Part shown: positions 61,402 to 64,000 of the stretch, piece by piece
Position numbering within the stretch: the first letter of the stretch is position 1
Layout: each line of letters starts with the position of its first letter
Assembly (NCBI GenBank): GCA_043228905.1
Contig: JBHGNT010000005.1
Span: 19,406,001 to 19,470,000, forward strand
Reading direction: 5' to 3'
DNA length: 64,000 nt
Source: Azolla caroliniana
Taxonomy: Eukaryota > Plantae > Polypodiophyta
Translations under genes and position numbers: made by a program
The notes under the pieces: model-generated
Told to the model about the DNA's origin: nothing
What the model saw: only the letters and a program-made list of their open reading frames with translations
Databases searched by the model: none

Positions 61402-62065
61402 CAAGAAATTAAGAGAAATGGTAGAGAAGATGAGAAAGAGATAAGAGATAAGAATGTTATAATATTCCACTATCAAGTCAATAAAAAGGGGATAAACTCT
61501 AAATCGAACTAAAAAACCAAACAACTTCTTACTTCCAATCACTCAAACCTACAAATGTCTTTCACTATTCTACCTTAATCTCTTCCTTCCTTCTACTATG
61601 CTTCCTTCTTCCCACTACTAAGACTTCTCCTCTTCTACTAAGACTCCCCCTACTAAGACATCACTTCCCTTTTTATAATCTTCTTCTTCTTCCTCGTTCA
61701 TGCTTTTTTTAGAAGCTTTTTATCTCCTATTTTTAACTAAGACACAATGACCTTCTAATCGTCATAGTTCCCTCATCCCATCTCTAAATTTAGAGATTTT
61801 AACAGTTATAGAAAGCTCTCTTTAAGATCTTTCTAACCCATATTTAAACAAAGTATTTGGGTTACAAACGAAAGAGTTATGACCATTCCTTTTAGACTGT
61901 TTTTGTGGCCCACTTTTTCATTTTTTACTTTTCTCTGTGTCTAGTACTTTTACTTTTGACTTCTTCTTAAGGTCTTGGTTCGTGTTCTTAGCCTCCAAAT
62001 GTGAATGCTCCATTCCTTATATCCTTCAAATGTTCAATAGCTTGTATTCTAAAAACAGTTTGACA
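60351..62065 (-). mobile_element. Ty3/gypsy 5' LTR (61258-62065) + PBS + gag remnant
   Basis: TGTCA...TATCA LTR, then gag MEFTFSGE...ARDWYDSLP...EFRARY. (GA)n at ~61371-61399. Confidence 0.85.
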
Positions 62066-62665
62066 GTGAGAAGGAAGACATGTCGAGCAAGTATGTCAGC
62101 TCAAGCAAGCAAAGAAGAACTCCGACCAACCCCAAGCACATAGTGTGATTATCCAACAAGAAGATGATAGAAAACTAGAAAACTCTTTTGAAGAAGAACC
62201 TGAACAAAACGGAGAACATGATGAAGAAGTTTACATTCAAGCATATCACGTAAACAGACATGAAGACAACCAAATTGAAGACGATAGTACCTGGTTCTTG
62301 GATACTAGGGCTATTCACCATCTAACATATCAAAAAGACTGGTTGGACAACTATCAAGAGCTCCCAATGCCATTGAAGATCATCTTTAGAGACAAAGGTT
62401 AAAAAGTGTAGTTGGGAAAGGTAATACCAAATTAAGGTTTATTAGTAATCATGTTGTACAAATTTCAGATATATACACATGGATATCATGTTCTCCCCCA
62501 CCTATTTATGGCATTGTAGCTTGGTCATCTACATACACCAACACTCAAGTTATGTCAAAATCAAGACCTGGTAAGAGGTTTACCTTCCACAATCTTTAAC
62601 TTTGTTGATATTTGTGAAGGATGTATGTATGGACAAATGGCTCAAAAGTCACTTCCATTAAGTAT

Positions 62666-63197
62666 TGTGAAAGTATTTTTAGAATTTAAGCTATTGAACA
62701 CTAGAAGAATATAAGGTACAGAGCATTCACATTGGGAAAACAAATTAAAAGTAGGAGACGTGGAGAAAAGTAAAAGGAGAAAAAGCAGGCCACCAGAAAA
62801 CAGTCTCAAATAAACGCTCATAACTCTTTCGTTTAAAACCCAAATGTTCGGTTCAATTATGGATTGGAAAGCTCATGAAGTGAGCTATGTTTAGAATTTT
62901 ACATCTCTAAATTTGGACTCTGGTGAGGGAGATATGACAATGAGAAGGTCTTTGTGTCATAGCTAAAAATAGGACTCAATGTAAAACTTCTAAAAGGTGT
63001 GTGAAAAAGAAAGGATGGGGAGTAAATTATCTGGTAGGGGATACCTTTGTAATAAGCGTAGGGGAGTAATGTTGTGTTTGGGGGGTTTTGGTCTCTTTCT
63101 TTCTCGTTCGTGTATTGTGGTTCATGTGTTATCAATAGATCTTTGGAGGTTTGATTTTTTACATTGTCTTTCTCTCTTCTTTCTATCATCTTCATCA
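62666..63197 (+). mobile_element. Solo LTR related to the 61258-62065 LTR; TSD AGTAT/AGTAC
   Basis: TG...CA. Removal restores H integrase QKSLPLSTSKTKK. Shares agctattgaaca and cataactctttc motifs. Confidence 0.85.
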
Positions 63198-64000
63198 AGT
63201 ACCTCAAAGACAAAGAAACTAACTCAACTTGTTCACTTGGATGTATGTGAACCAATAACTCCCAACTCACTCTTTGGAGCAACGTACTGTATTACCTTCA
63301 TCAATAACACTTCACGATTCACTATGGTTAACTTTGTTAACAAAAAGGAAATGCATTCAAAGCATTTGTGCATATAGAAGCTTTGTTGAAAATCAAACAC
63401 AACTTAAAGTTAAAGTAATAAGAAGTGACAAGAAGAGATATCACATATTTGATTATTTGGAGCAACTAGATTCGCATACATACAACCTGCCAAGAGATCA
63501 AAACTTGAGGATTGGTGCATCAAAGGAAAATTTATTGGATATGGGGAGCCATATGGAGTAAAAGAATATAGAATTTACTTCCGGATTCAGGTAAAATAAG
63601 TTTTAGTCATTCTGTGAAGTTTGATAAAAAAAGTCTATTTTCTAGGTCATTATATGTAGTTAAAGCAACCAGGAGTAGGCATCCTACAAATGAAATCACA
63701 AATATAAGACTCCCTCAAGTAACAACAATGGAATCCAAAAACGATAGTACAACAAGTCCAAATGACATGCAACAACAAATCTATGGGATGAGCATCAACA
63801 ATATATTATTAGGAAATTTGCAGCACTGATCTACACAACAATCACGGTGCGCTGACAACCAATGAAACCGAAAACTAAGGTAAGAAATGTAATCAATTAC
63901 CTCATTCTCAGATTCCAATCACACAAGATAAGGGGTTGATAGTCTCCGATTCCAAGTCCGTGACCAAATCAGCCACTCAAAGTCTCGAACCTAAGAAAGT

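Larger units (their letters stand above)
59207..64000 (+). mobile_element. Decayed copia H (gag knuckle, protease, integrase), split by gypsy insertions
   Basis: The knuckle IC.. at 59330 continues as (C)EKE.HVEQVC at 62066. Also WFLDTRAIHH, CEGCMYG and HLDVCEP. Confidence 0.75.

Overview
The window is a plant-type heterochromatic transposon nest with no recognisable host gene. TTTAGGG repeats, a Tcn1-like chromovirus and the LINE types suggest a seed-free land plant (inference). It holds at least 9 Ty1/copia elements or remnants, one intact and very young Ty3/gypsy chromovirus (25504-31170, LTRs identical by eye), one intact Tork/Tnt1-like copia (40227-45748), several solo LTRs, three or four LINE remnants, a tRNA-derived SINE, two MITEs and a 4-kb TIR DNA transposon with a 4-bp TSD that carries a decayed, unrecognised gene. 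Most nesting relationships can be read from target-site duplications. The main candidates for a second look are: (1) the chromovirus LTR, which combines an antisense tRNA-like hairpin, a perfect heat-shock element and a Tf1-type self-primer inside a palindrome, plus a -1 frameshift pseudoknot; (2) copia elements with a long Pol extension beyond RNase H and a conserved hairpin enclosing the PPT; (3) a Gag capsid swap between copia families; (4) the 4-bp-TSD transposon cargo; (5) an inward-facing LTR-gag/gag-LTR insertion; (6) telomere-repeat patches. All calls were made by eye; family and lineage names are inferences without database searches.
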